64,000 nucleotides of DNA from Actinomycetes bacterium (GTDB lineage: Bacteria > Actinomycetota > Acidimicrobiia > Acidimicrobiales > Bog-793). The notes under the pieces are model-generated. The model made no database searches. It saw only the letters and a program-made list of their open reading frames with translations, and was not told the origin of the DNA. The stretch covers positions 128,194 to 192,193 of the forward strand of contig JAJZBI010000001.1 in NCBI GenBank assembly GCA_021798985.1, given 5' to 3'. Position numbers and translations under genes: made by a program. This document shows, piece by piece, positions 1 to 11,393 of this stretch (positions within the stretch are counted from its first letter, which is position 1; every line of letters begins with the position of its first letter).

Positions 1-808
1 GAACGCCGAGAGAGTCGGCCTCCTCGTCGCCAACGCTCATGACGTCGAGCAACCGGCTAGCAAAGAGGATCACGGCGACACCGATCGCCACATAGGGCGC
101 GATCTCCCCGACCTGCTGCCAACTGGAGTTGGCGAGGCTGCCGAGGATCCAGCTGTAGACCTGCTGGAGCTCGGCGGTGTTGCGCTGCAACAGAAAGGTC
201 TGCACCGCAGTGAAGAACGCCGCCACCGCCACGCCGGCGAGCACGAGCGTGGCAGAGCTGCGCGCCCGGCCGGCAGAGCGTCCGAGCACGTAGGTCGCCG
301 CCACCGAGACGACCGCGCCGGCGAAGGCGGCCAGTGGCACCGGGTTCAGGGCGAGCGCCGCGGGGTGCTGGACGAGCACGATCGCGGCGGTCGCTCCAAG
401 ACCGGCGCCCGAGGCGACGCCGAGCAGGTAGGGATCGGCCAGCGCGTTTTGGAAGACCCCCTGGTACGCGGCACCCGAGACCGCCAAGGTCCCGCCAACC
501 ATCGCGCCGAGGACGACGCGGGGCAGGCGGATCTGGAACAGTGCCGCAGAGGCCAGCGGCCCGAGGCCGTCGTGGATCGTGACGAAGGGCAGGCGGCCGA
601 CGAGCGCCAGCGCGATCGCCCGAGGCGGCAGGTCGAACGGGCCGATCAGCACGGCCACCAGCATCGAGGCGGCGAGCGCGGCGATGCCGATCGCCAGCAT
701 CCACCAGGGCAGGTGCCGCTCTCCTCGCGCGTTGGCGCCGTGCGTAGCGGCGAGGACCTCGACCGGAAGGCGCGCCGGTCGAGGCGAACGGAGCAACGGC
801 GCGCTCAC
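1..808 (-). CDS. FecCD/BtuC-family ABC transporter permease (cobalamin/iron-siderophore type); partial, C-terminal part continues beyond window start
   Basis: My own minus-strand translation, in a frame absent from the ORF track, reads VSAPLLRSPRPARLPVEV..RHLPWWMLAIGIAALAASMLVAVLIGPFDLPP..LFQIRLPRVVLGAMVGGTLAVSGAAYQGVFQNALADPYLLGVASGAGLGA..VLAGVAVAAFFTAVQTFLLQ. This is a typical FecCD transmembrane pattern with GC-rich third positions. The listed ORF 57..836 is an Arg-rich off-frame artefact. GTG start at 808 (alternative ATG at 700). A cobalamin riboswitch lies in its leader. Confidence 0.8.
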   Translation of the reverse strand, partial: MSAPLLRSPRPARLPVEVLAATHGANARGERHLPWWMLAIGIAALAASMLVAVLIGPFDLPPRAIALALVGRLPFVTIHDGLGPLASAALFQIRLPRVVLGAMVGGTLAVSGAAYQGVFQNALADPYLLGVASGAGLGATAAIVLVQHPAALALNPVPLAAFAGAVVSVAATYVLGRSAGRARSSATLVLAGVAVAAFFTAVQTFLLQRNTAELQQVYSWILGSLANSSWQQVGEIAPYVAIGVAVILFASRLLDVMSVGDEEADSLGV

Positions 809-871
809 GCGGCCGCGGGCACGCACGACCCCGCACCGGCTCGACCGCCGGGACCCCTCAACGCCGCTCCT

Positions 872-1080
872 TCCTGAGGGGGATCGACGGCAGCGGCGAG
901 GGCCCTGCCGCACGAGCCGCTCTTCCTCGAGAGCCTCTTGTCCGTGCACCGTGGCCAGGCGATCTGGCTCGGCCTCTCGGCCTTACAGCTGCGGGACAGC
1001 GCCGGACTCGCACCGGACTTCGCTGACACCACGGTCGCGGCCAACTTAGCCCGGAGGCATCCGCTCTGCCAGGGGCGGCG
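872..1080 (-). promoter_or_regulatory. Cobalamin (B12) riboswitch in leader of the minus-strand permease gene (boundaries approximate)
   Basis: The reverse complement of 985..1021 is GAAGTCCGGTGCGAGTCCGGCGCTGTCCCGCAGCTGT, the conserved B12-box core (GGTG..A.TCC..GCTG.CCCGCA.CTGT). Downstream on the same strand is GCCTGGCCACGGTGCACGG. It is positioned 5' of a BtuC-like permease. Confidence 0.75.
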
Positions 1081-1134
1081 CGTCGGATCACCCCCGCGGC
1101 GCGCCGGGCGAGATCGCTTGCCGACGCGCGCCGA

Positions 1135-1340
1135 CGCGCCCTACGGTGACGGCGCAACCGATCCGCGAGCGAAGTCCGGTGCGAGTCCGGCGCTGTCCCG
1201 CAACTGTCGATCCCCGCCCGTTCGGGGACGAGCCAGGTCGCCTCGAGGACCGGTAGCGACCAGTGCACGTCGAGGAACGCGCGGTCGAACGGCAGTCCCC
1301 CTGTCGTCGAGCCTCACCACCCCTCGACCGACAGGAGGCC
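1135..1340 (+). promoter_or_regulatory. Cobalamin (B12) riboswitch in leader of the BtuF-like binding-protein gene (boundaries approximate)
   Basis: 1171..1207 reads GAAGTCCGGTGCGAGTCCGGCGCTGTCCCGCAACTGT (B12 box), followed by GAGCCAGGTCGCC. A 3' hairpin (CCTGTCGTCGAG..CTCGACCGACAGG, about 1291..1336) pairs into the AGGAGG Shine-Dalgarno at 1333..1338, just before the ATG at 1346. Confidence 0.8.
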
Positions 1341-1345
1341 ACCAC

Positions 1346-2275
1346 ATGCGAACTATCCGTCCCCTTGCCAGGCTCGTCAGGCTCGCGACGCTCCTCAGCG
1401 TGGCCGTCGCCAGCTCCACCCTGGCGGTGAGCGCCGCGGCAGCGAGCCGGCATCGAGGATTCCCGGTCACGATCCACGCCGCCAACGGCGCCGTCACCTT
1501 CACCGCTCCGCCGACGCGGATCATGTCCCTGTCCCCCTCGGCGACCGAGATGCTGTACGCCGACGGGGCGGGGCACCAGGTTGTCGCGGTCGACAAGTAC
1601 TCGACGGTCCCCAAAGATGCCCCGCGCACCGATCTCACGGGCGGCGAGACGAGCGCAGAGTCCTACCTGCGCTACCGGCCCGATCTGGTCGTGCTCGGCT
1701 TTGAAGAGCCGGGGCTCGTCCACCAGCTCCAGCTCCTGCACATCCCGGTGCTCGTGATGCCGCCAGCGGCCAACCTTGCGGCCGCCTACCACCAGTTCGA
1801 GCAACTCGGCGCGGCCACCGGCCATCGCGCCCAGGCGGCAGGGGCGGTGGGACGGATCAAGGCGGCGCTCGCTCGCATCGTGGCGGGCCTCGGCAGCCGG
1901 GCGCGGGGCAAGACCTACTACATCGAGTTCAGCAGCGACCTGTACAGCGCGACGGCATCGACCTTCGTCGGCTCGCTGTTCGGCAAGCTCGGGATGGTCA
2001 ATATCGCGAATGCCGCCGGCAAGGGCGGCGACGGCTTCCCGCAGCTGTCCGCCGAGTACCTGCTGCGCGCCAACCCCGACTACGTCTTCCTCGCCGACGA
2101 CCAGTGCTGCGGTCAGTCCGCCGCGACCTTCGCGGCACGGCCCGGATTCTCGGCACTGCGCGCCGTACACCTGCACCACGTCTTCACGGTGCCCGACCCG
2201 ATCGCCTCCCAGTGGGGTACCCAGGTCGTCCCCTTCCTGGCGATGGTTGCCGACGACGTGAAGGCGAGCCGCTGA
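1346..2275 (+). CDS. ABC transporter periplasmic substrate-binding protein, BtuF/FecB (cobalamin/siderophore) family
   Basis: In-frame part of ORF 938..2275. ATG at 1346 is preceded by AGGAGG. It has a signal peptide (MRTIRPLARLVRLATLLSVAVASSTLAVSAAAA) followed by IMSLSPSATEMLYADGAGHQVVAVDKYS, typical of the PBP type-2 vitamin B12/iron family. A B12 riboswitch lies upstream. Confidence 0.85.
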   Translation: MRTIRPLARLVRLATLLSVAVASSTLAVSAAAASRHRGFPVTIHAANGAVTFTAPPTRIMSLSPSATEMLYADGAGHQVVAVDKYSTVPKDAPRTDLTGGETSAESYLRYRPDLVVLGFEEPGLVHQLQLLHIPVLVMPPAANLAAAYHQFEQLGAATGHRAQAAGAVGRIKAALARIVAGLGSRARGKTYYIEFSSDLYSATASTFVGSLFGKLGMVNIANAAGKGGDGFPQLSAEYLLRANPDYVFLADDQCCGQSAATFAARPGFSALRAVHLHHVFTVPDPIASQWGTQVVPFLAMVADDVKASR

Positions 2276-2313
2276 CGTAGCGACGTCGGCGCCGGGCCCC
2301 TAGCCTCGCGCGC

Positions 2314-2829
2314 ATGGAGACGCGCGATGCACTGCGGGCCCGGCGCAACGTCCGCTCGTTCGCGGACCGGCCGATCCCCGAGGCCCAGCTGGTCGAGATC
2401 TTAGAGGCGGGGAGAAGAGCCCCCTCGGCCAACAACCGTCAGCATTGGGACTTCCTCGTGAGCACCGATCGCCAAGAGCTCGAGCAGCTCGCCACCTTGT
2501 GGCAGGGTGCGGGCCATGTCGCGAGCTCGGCGGCGACGATCACCTTGGTCCTGCCCGCGCCCGACGACGAGCGCCAAGCCATGATCGACCAGTTCGACCT
2601 CGGCCAGGCGGTGATGGCGATGGCGGTGGCGGCTGCCGACCTTGGGATCGGCAGCGGGCACGCCGCGATCGCCGATCAGGCGCGCTGCCGCGAGCTGCTC
2701 GGCCTGCCAGCCGACCGCTACGGCGCCTACTTCCTCGCGCTCGGCTATCCGGCGGATCGCCCGATCTCGCCGGTCGCCTCCCCCAAGCGCCGCCCCTTCG
2801 AGGAGGTCGTGCACCGCGGCCGCTGGTGA
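2314..2829 (+). CDS. Nitroreductase family protein
   Basis: The 171-aa ORF contains RRNVRSFADRPIPEAQLVEILEAGRRAPSANNRQHWDF, the hallmark nitroreductase N-terminal motif. It starts 38 nt after the binding-protein gene. Confidence 0.8.
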   Translation: METRDALRARRNVRSFADRPIPEAQLVEILEAGRRAPSANNRQHWDFLVSTDRQELEQLATLWQGAGHVASSAATITLVLPAPDDERQAMIDQFDLGQAVMAMAVAAADLGIGSGHAAIADQARCRELLGLPADRYGAYFLALGYPADRPISPVASPKRRPFEEVVHRGRW

Positions 2830-2870
2830 GCGGCGCGTCGGAGCGTCGGGCTCGGGTGCGAGAATGGGTC

Positions 2871-4589
2871 ATGATCGACCTGCGCCGACTGCTCGAGTCG
2901 CGTCTGTCCACCGCCTTCGCGGTGCTCGACCCCGACGCCGACCCCGTGCTGCGCCCTTCGGATCGAGCCGACTTCCAGGCCAACGGGGCGCTCGCGCTCG
3001 CAAAGCGCCTGGGGCGCAACCCCCGTGAGGTCGCCGAGGAGATCCGCTCACATCTCGACCTTGATGGCGTCTGCTCGCTCGTCGAGGTGAGCGGACCGGG
3101 CTTTATCAACCTCTCGCTCGATCCGAGCTTCCTTGCCGCCGAGCTGGCGGCGGCCGCGACCGACGGCCTCGCCGTGCCGGCCGAGGGGCCGCCGCTTCGC
3201 GTCGTGGTGGACTACTCGCACCCCAATGTCGCAAAGGAGATGCACGTCGGCCATCTCCGCACCACGATCATCGGCGATGCGCTCTGTCGTATCTTGGCCT
3301 ACTGCGGCCACGAGGTGATCCGCGAGAACCACATCGGCGACTGGGGGACGCCCTTTGGCATGCTGATCGAGCATCTGCTCGACATCGGAGAGAGCGAGGC
3401 GGCCCAGGAGCTGTCAGTCGGCGACCTCACGAGCTTCTACCGCCAGGCGCGCGCCTCGTTCGACGCGGACGAGGACTTCAAAGAGCGCAGCCGTCGCCGG
3501 GTCGTGCTCTTGCAGTCAGGTGACGAGGAGACGCTGCGGCTGTGGCGGATCCTCGTCGCCGAGAGCGTCGGGTACTTCAACGAGGTCTACCGCAAGCTCG
3601 GGGTGACCTTGAGCGACGACGACATCGTCGGGGAGAGCTTCTACAACGCCGATCTGCCCGCGCTGGTCGAAGAGCTCCGCCAAAAGGGGCTGCTCGTCGA
3701 GAGTGACGGCGCGCTGTGCGTCTTCCCTCCCGGGTTCGTCACCCGGGAAGAGACGCCGCTCCCGCTCATCGTGCAGAAGTCCGACGGCGGCTTCGGCTAC
3801 GCCGCCACCGATCTGGCGGCCATTCGCGATCGCGTCGGTCGCCTCAAGGCCGACCTGATCTGGTACGTGGTCGGCGCGCCCCAAGAGCAGCACCTCGCGA
3901 TGTGCTTCGCCGTCGCCAAGATGGCCGGCTGGCTCGGCGACGGCGTCATCGCCGACCACGTGGCCTTCGGCAGCGTCCTCGGGGCGGACCACAAGATGCT
4001 GAAGACCCGAGCCGGGGAGAGCATCAAGCTCGTGAGCTTGCTCGACGAAGCCGTCGCCCGCGCCCGGGAGGCGCTCGACGAGCGATCGAGCGAGCTCGGC
4101 GACGAGGAGCAGGCCGCCGTCGCGCGCGCCGTCGGCATCGGGGCGGTCAAGTACGCCGACCTGTCCACCGAGCGCACGCGCGACTACGTCTTCGACTGGG
4201 ACCGCATGCTCGCCTTCGAGGGCAACACCGGGCCCTATCTCCAGTACGCGCACGCGCGCATCTGCTCGATCTTCCGGCGCAGTGCGTCGGCACGGCCGGC
4301 TGCCCGGCCACCGCGCCTCGATGCCCCCCAAGAGCGCGACCTCGCGGTCGCGCTCTTGGGGCTGCCCGAGGCGGTCCGGACGACGGTGCGCGACCGCGCC
4401 CCGAACCGGCTGTGCACCTACCTCTATGAGCTCGCGGCCGTCTTCACGACCTTCTACGAGCAGTGCCCGGTGCTGCGCGCCGAGTCCGCGGAGCTCCGCG
4501 AGGACCGCCTGCTGCTCTGTTCGTTGACCGCCGCGGTGCTCGCGACCGGCCTCGGGCTGCTCGGGATCGAGGCCCCCGAGCGCATGTAG
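2871..4589 (+). CDS. argS: Arginine--tRNA ligase
   Basis: In-frame part of ORF 2445..4589, starting at MIDLRRLLESRLSTAF (ATG 2871). Class I HIGH-type motif HVGHLR and KMSK-like KMLKTRAG are present, with the C-terminal anticodon-binding motif YLQYAHARICSI. The 5' extension in the ORF track is Arg/Pro-rich and was rejected. Confidence 0.93.
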   Translation: MIDLRRLLESRLSTAFAVLDPDADPVLRPSDRADFQANGALALAKRLGRNPREVAEEIRSHLDLDGVCSLVEVSGPGFINLSLDPSFLAAELAAAATDGLAVPAEGPPLRVVVDYSHPNVAKEMHVGHLRTTIIGDALCRILAYCGHEVIRENHIGDWGTPFGMLIEHLLDIGESEAAQELSVGDLTSFYRQARASFDADEDFKERSRRRVVLLQSGDEETLRLWRILVAESVGYFNEVYRKLGVTLSDDDIVGESFYNADLPALVEELRQKGLLVESDGALCVFPPGFVTREETPLPLIVQKSDGGFGYAATDLAAIRDRVGRLKADLIWYVVGAPQEQHLAMCFAVAKMAGWLGDGVIADHVAFGSVLGADHKMLKTRAGESIKLVSLLDEAVARAREALDERSSELGDEEQAAVARAVGIGAVKYADLSTERTRDYVFDWDRMLAFEGNTGPYLQYAHARICSIFRRSASARPAARPPRLDAPQERDLAVALLGLPEAVRTTVRDRAPNRLCTYLYELAAVFTTFYEQCPVLRAESAELREDRLLLCSLTAAVLATGLGLLGIEAPERM

Positions 4590-4592
4590 CCG

Positions 4593-5576
4593 CTACCAGC
4601 GGTAGTGCACCGACGGGGCGACGCGGTCCCAGTACAGCTCGCGCAGCCGGGCGAGCGTGGCGCCGTCGAGCACGCCGGCGTCGCCCGCCGCCGCGTTCGC
4701 CTGGGCCTGGTCGGGGCGCTTGGCGCCAGGGATCACCGTCGTCACCGCCGGGTCGGAGTAGCAAAAGCGCAGCGCCATGGTCGCAAGGTCGCCGTCCTCG
4801 GGAACGAGCTTGCGGAGCTCGTCGACGACCTCGAGGCCGCGCTCGAAGTCGACACCGGCAAAGGTCTCGCCGACGTCGAAGGACTCGCCGTGGCGGTTGA
4901 AGTTGCGGTGGTCGTTCTCCGCGAAGGTGGTCGTGGCGGTGATCTTTCCAGTGAGCAGCCCCGAGGCGAGGGGGACCCGCACGATGATGCCGACATCGGC
5001 GTCGCGCGCCGCGGCAAAGAAGCGCTCGGCGGGGCGCTGGCGGAAGATGTTGTAGATGATCTGCACCGAGGCGACCCCGGGGTAGTCGATCGCCTTCAGC
5101 GCCTCTTCCACTCGCTCGACCGAGACGCCGTAATGGGCCACCTTGCCGGCCTCGACGAGGCGGTCGAGCGCCTCGAACACCTCGGGCCGGTAGTACAGGT
5201 CGGTCGGTGGGCAGTGCAGCTGGACGAGGTCGAGGCGCTCGGTGCGCAGGTTCGACAGGCTGCGGTCGATCCAGGACTCGAGGTGCTCGGCCGTGTACTC
5301 CTCCACCCGCTGGACCGGCGCGCGTCGCCCTGCCTTGGTGGCGATGACGATCGGCTCGTCCCGCTCGTCGCGAAGGCGCGCCACGAGCCGCTCGCTTCGA
5401 CCGTCGCCATAGACGTCGGCCGTGTCGATGAAGTTCACCCCGGCATCGACCGCGGCGTGCAGCGCCGCCATCGACGTCTCATCGTCGACATCACCCCAGC
5501 TGCCGCCGATCGCCCACGCGCCAAAGCCAATGACGCTGATCTCGTAGTCCGTCTTTCCCAATCGTCGCTTTTCCAC
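4593..5576 (-). CDS. Aldo/keto reductase family oxidoreductase
   Basis: VEKRRLGKTDYEISVIGFGAWAIGG..VNFIDTADVYGDG is typical of AKRs. I prefer the GTG at 5576 because the family N-terminus lies just before RRLG. The longest ORF starts at 5633 (GTG) in a GTGA overlap with the upstream ABC ATPase and remains an alternative. Confidence 0.8.
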   Translation of the reverse strand: MEKRRLGKTDYEISVIGFGAWAIGGSWGDVDDETSMAALHAAVDAGVNFIDTADVYGDGRSERLVARLRDERDEPIVIATKAGRRAPVQRVEEYTAEHLESWIDRSLSNLRTERLDLVQLHCPPTDLYYRPEVFEALDRLVEAGKVAHYGVSVERVEEALKAIDYPGVASVQIIYNIFRQRPAERFFAAARDADVGIIVRVPLASGLLTGKITATTTFAENDHRNFNRHGESFDVGETFAGVDFERGLEVVDELRKLVPEDGDLATMALRFCYSDPAVTTVIPGAKRPDQAQANAAAGDAGVLDGATLARLRELYWDRVAPSVHYRW

Positions 5577-5629
5577 GGACCGCAGGCTAATGGCACGGCT
5601 GGGACCCCGGACCCACCGGGGTGCCGTGC

Positions 5630-6445
5630 TCACCAGCGCGGGCGCGCCCAGGCGAAATACCGGCCGTCATCGCGGCACTCGACGGAGAAGTCGATGCCGA
5701 AGGCGGCCGAGAGCGGCTCGGGCGCGAGCACCTCGCCGGCGCGGCCGCTCGCCACGATCTCGCCGTCGCGCAGCAGCATCGCGTGCGTCGTGCTCGCCGG
5801 AAGCTCCTCCAAGGTGTGCGCCACGTGCACCGTCGTCGGCGCCTCCGGCAGGGCCGCCAGGCGGTCAAGCGCGCCGACCAGCGCCTCTCGTCCCGGCAGG
5901 TCGACACCGACGGCCGGCTCGTCGAGCAGCAACACGGGATGGCCGCCGAGCAGTGAGCGGCCGAGCAAGATGCGCTGGCGCTCGCCCTGGGAGCAGCGGG
6001 CGAGCGGCTGGTCGGCGAGATGCGCGCAACCGAGCGACTCGAGCAGCGCCCTCGCCTGCGCGGTCTCGGCCGCGCTGAAACTCCCCCACCAGGGCGCGAG
6101 CAGGCCGCGCGCGCCGGTGAGGACGATCTCGAGGCCAGTGGCTGCCGGGGGCAACCGGTCGGCCACCCGGTGGCCGACGGTGCCAATGCGCGCTCGCAGC
6201 TCGCGCAGGTCGACATGGCCGAGACGACAACCGAGGACGTCGACGCTGCCCGAGGAAGGATGCCGCTCGGCGCCGGCGAGCGAGAGCAGGGTCGTCTTGC
6301 CCGAGCCATTCGGGCCGAGCAGCGCCCAGTGCTCGCCGGCTTGTACCGAGAGGCTCACCGGGCCGAGGATGCGCCGGCCGCCGGGCAGGTCGACCGTCGC
6401 CGCTACGAACTCGAGCACCGGGACGGCCGTCGACATGGCCGGCAT
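5630..6445 (-). CDS. ABC transporter ATP-binding protein (stand-alone ATPase, YlmA/ModF-like)
   Basis: Walker A GPNGSGKTT, signature SQGERQR and Walker B LLLDEP are present. No permease gene is adjacent. Confidence 0.85.
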   Translation of the reverse strand: MPAMSTAVPVLEFVAATVDLPGGRRILGPVSLSVQAGEHWALLGPNGSGKTTLLSLAGAERHPSSGSVDVLGCRLGHVDLRELRARIGTVGHRVADRLPPAATGLEIVLTGARGLLAPWWGSFSAAETAQARALLESLGCAHLADQPLARCSQGERQRILLGRSLLGGHPVLLLDEPAVGVDLPGREALVGALDRLAALPEAPTTVHVAHTLEELPASTTHAMLLRDGEIVASGRAGEVLAPEPLSAAFGIDFSVECRDDGRYFAWARPRW

Positions 6446-6513
6446 GCAAGCACGCCCGGTGCAAGGTGCGCCAGGGCTCCTGGCCCCAGCGCTGTGGGGC
6501 CAGGAGCTGGTGC

Positions 6514-7101
6514 TCAGGCCTGAAGGGCGGCCTCGGCCTCGATCTCGATCTTCACCTTGGCACCGACGACGACACCGCCACCCTCGATCGCGGCGTTGTA
6601 GTCGACCCCGAAGTCGTGGCGGTCGATCTCGGTGCTCGCCGAGTAGCCGATGCGAATGCCACCCCAGGGATCGCGCTGGGCGCCGTTGAACTCGACGTCG
6701 AGCACCACGGACTTGGTAACACCCTTGATGGTCAGGTCACCGGTCACCTTCCAGCCGGAGCCGTCCTGGTCGACCTTGGTGCTCGCGAAGGTGATCGTCG
6801 GGAACTTCTCGGCCTCGAAGAAGTCGTTCGTGCGCAGGTGCGCGTCGCGCTGCGCGTCCCGGGTGTCGACGCTTTGGACCTGGATCGACAGCGACACGCT
6901 GGCGTCAGCGGCGCCCTCGCCGATCACGATCTCACCCTCGAACTCGTTGAACTGCCCACGCACCTTGGCGATCATCATGTGGCGCACGACGAAGCCGACG
7001 ACCGTGTGCGACTTGTCGATCACGTAGCGCCCGGCGGCGGGCAGCTCGCCGGCGCCGACCCGCCGGGTCAGGGGGGCTGCGGTCTCGATCGTCTCGCTCA
7101 T
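6514..7101 (-). CDS. YceI family polyisoprenoid-binding protein
   Basis: In-frame part of ORF 6514..7182. ATG at 7101 is preceded by GAGGAGG. YVIDKSHTVVGFVVRHMMIAKVRGQF and DLTIKGVTKSV are typical YceI motifs. Confidence 0.85.
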   Translation of the reverse strand: MSETIETAAPLTRRVGAGELPAAGRYVIDKSHTVVGFVVRHMMIAKVRGQFNEFEGEIVIGEGAADASVSLSIQVQSVDTRDAQRDAHLRTNDFFEAEKFPTITFASTKVDQDGSGWKVTGDLTIKGVTKSVVLDVEFNGAQRDPWGGIRIGYSASTEIDRHDFGVDYNAAIEGGGVVVGAKVKIEIEAEAALQA

Positions 7102-7213
7102 CTCGGGAACCTCCTCAATAGCTGCGCCAGCGCGTCGCCGGCAGGACCCCCACACCGTAGGGCAGTTTAGTTGCGTGTGCAAACATCTACTAGCGGATGG
7201 TTAGACTGTCGCC

Positions 7214-7768
7214 ATGGCGTCAGCGCCGCGCACCGACCCGATCACCCTCGTCGGCCTGGTCCTCGAATCGGCCGCCGGGCTTCGGCGGGCCCTCGCCCCC
7301 GGCCTGGACGATCAGCTGGGGGTGGGCGGGCAGTCCTTCGAGCTGCTCATTCGCCTCGCCCGCAGCGACGGCCACCGCCTGCGGATGAGCGACCTCGCCC
7401 ACCAGTCGGGCCTGTCGCCGAGCGGCCTGTCGCGCGCCGTCGACCGATTGGTCGAAGCGGGCCTGGCGCGGCGGGAATCGTGCCCGAACGATCGCCGCGG
7501 CACCTTCGCCAGCTTGACCGAACGCGGGATCATGCGCATGGAAGAGGCGCTCGCCCGCCACCGCCTCGATGTCCACACCCTGCTCGAGGGCGTCTTGAGT
7601 GAGGAAGAGCAGGGGCTGCTCGCGGCGCTGCTCGAGCGCTTGCGCGACCGCGTGCACCCCGGCGCGGGCGCCGTCACCGAGGACGCCTGCCTCGGGCTGC
7701 ACGCGCTGGAGGGCGGGCAGGCCGAGCCCGCGCGCGCCGAGATGAACGAGGTGCCCGCCGCCCGTTAG
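7214..7768 (+). CDS. MarR family transcriptional regulator
   Basis: Winged-HTH pattern [50 protein letters not shown]. It is divergent from the yceI-like gene. Confidence 0.85.
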   Translation: MASAPRTDPITLVGLVLESAAGLRRALAPGLDDQLGVGGQSFELLIRLARSDGHRLRMSDLAHQSGLSPSGLSRAVDRLVEAGLARRESCPNDRRGTFASLTERGIMRMEEALARHRLDVHTLLEGVLSEEEQGLLAALLERLRDRVHPGAGAVTEDACLGLHALEGGQAEPARAEMNEVPAAR

Positions 7769-7793
7769 CGTCTGGCCCGAGAAGGAGGCGGCG

Positions 7794-10457
<2,664 letters not shown>

Positions 10458-10499
10458 GGTCGTGCGGCTGGCGAGGGTCGCGAGCGCGCCGCTTGGGGC

Positions 10500-11366
10500 A
10501 TGGACCGCGCCGTGAAGCGCGCCCCGGGCGAGGTGCTCGTCGCCTCCTTCAACGTGCATGCGGGGATCGACGGCTGGGGCCGTCCCTACGACCCGCTGCC
10601 GGGGTGCCTTGCCACCGACGCCGACGTGCTCTTGCTCGTCGAGGCCTTCCTGCCCGATGCCGACGAGCCAGGCGCACCGGGTGTCCATGAGGCAGCCTCG
10701 ATCGCCGAGCGGCTGGCGCGCGAAGGCGGCTACGAGCTCGCGGCGGAGGCAAGCCTCGCCCGAGCAGCGCTGCGGCACCCGCCAGTGCTGAGCGGGCACG
10801 CGGCGCGGCGCTGGGCCCCGACGGCAATGCACGATCCCGGCCTCGCCCTCTATGGCCGCAAGGTGCCGCGCGCGGTGCGCCGCCGCGGCCGGCCGCCGCG
10901 GGCGCGCGGCACGTGGAACGTCCTGTTGTTCAGCCGGTTGCCCGTGCGCTCCTCCAAGGTCATCCCGCTCAGACCGCTCAAGCGGGAGCCCCTCGATCGC
11001 GCCATCCTCACCGCCGAGGTCGAGGCCCCGGCGGGGGTCCTGACCGTCGTCGGCACGCACTTCCCCCACCTCAGCGCCGGCTCCCCCTTTCGCTTCGACG
11101 AGCTGCGGGACGCGCTGCCACCGAGGGACCGGCCGGGCGTCTTGATGGGGGACATGAACTGCTTCGGGCCGCCGCTCAGCCTGGCGCTGCCCGGCTGGCG
11201 GCGCGCGGTGCGCGGCCGCACCTGGCCCTCGTGGCGGCGCGTCGCCCAGCCCGACCACATCTTCATCAGCCGCGCCGTCACGGCACGCGCTGGCGAGGTG
11301 ATGCCACATGCCGGTTCGGACCACCGGCCGGTGCGCGCCCTGCTGTCGTTCGACGGCGAGCGCTGA
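10500..11366 (+). CDS. Endonuclease/exonuclease/phosphatase (EEP) family protein
   Basis: SFNVHAGID near the N-terminus, an internal GDMNCF, and the C-terminal SDHRPVRALL motif of the EEP fold. Confidence 0.75.
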   Translation: MDRAVKRAPGEVLVASFNVHAGIDGWGRPYDPLPGCLATDADVLLLVEAFLPDADEPGAPGVHEAASIAERLAREGGYELAAEASLARAALRHPPVLSGHAARRWAPTAMHDPGLALYGRKVPRAVRRRGRPPRARGTWNVLLFSRLPVRSSKVIPLRPLKREPLDRAILTAEVEAPAGVLTVVGTHFPHLSAGSPFRFDELRDALPPRDRPGVLMGDMNCFGPPLSLALPGWRRAVRGRTWPSWRRVAQPDHIFISRAVTARAGEVMPHAGSDHRPVRALLSFDGER

Positions 11367-11393
11367 GCGCCGAGGGCGCAGCGAGCGAACCCG

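Noticed and set aside
57-836. 259-aa minus-strand ORF listed in the track
   Set aside because: It has an Arg/Pro/Gly-rich composition. Another minus frame, not listed because it runs off the window, translates to a clean FecCD permease.
2314-2829. Idea that the nitroreductase downstream of the B12-riboswitch-controlled btuF is BluB (5,6-dimethylbenzimidazole synthase)
   Set aside because: At 171 aa it is shorter than BluB proteins as I recall them (over 200 aa). I cannot see BluB-specific features by eye, and the generic nitroreductase motif alone is insufficient. It would need a BluB-specific HMM or phylogeny, so I kept it as a nitroreductase family protein.
2445-2870. N-terminal 142-aa extension of argS (similar 5' extensions occur at 938, 11394..12692, 19673, 21475..22794, 28080..29213, 37270..38961, 43455..44936, 46409..47551, 58135..59538 and 59449)
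   Set aside because: The track reports longest ORFs. These extensions overlap neighbouring genes, are Arg/Pro-rich, and lack RBSs. Internal starts with an SD or 4-nt overlaps reproduce the family-typical N-termini.
7102-7213. MarR operator in the yceI/marR divergent region (TTGC-GTGT-GCAA within GTTTAGTTGCGTGTGCAAAC)
   Set aside because: It is only a 4-bp imperfect inverted repeat with flanking partial symmetry, which is too weak to call a feature without binding data.
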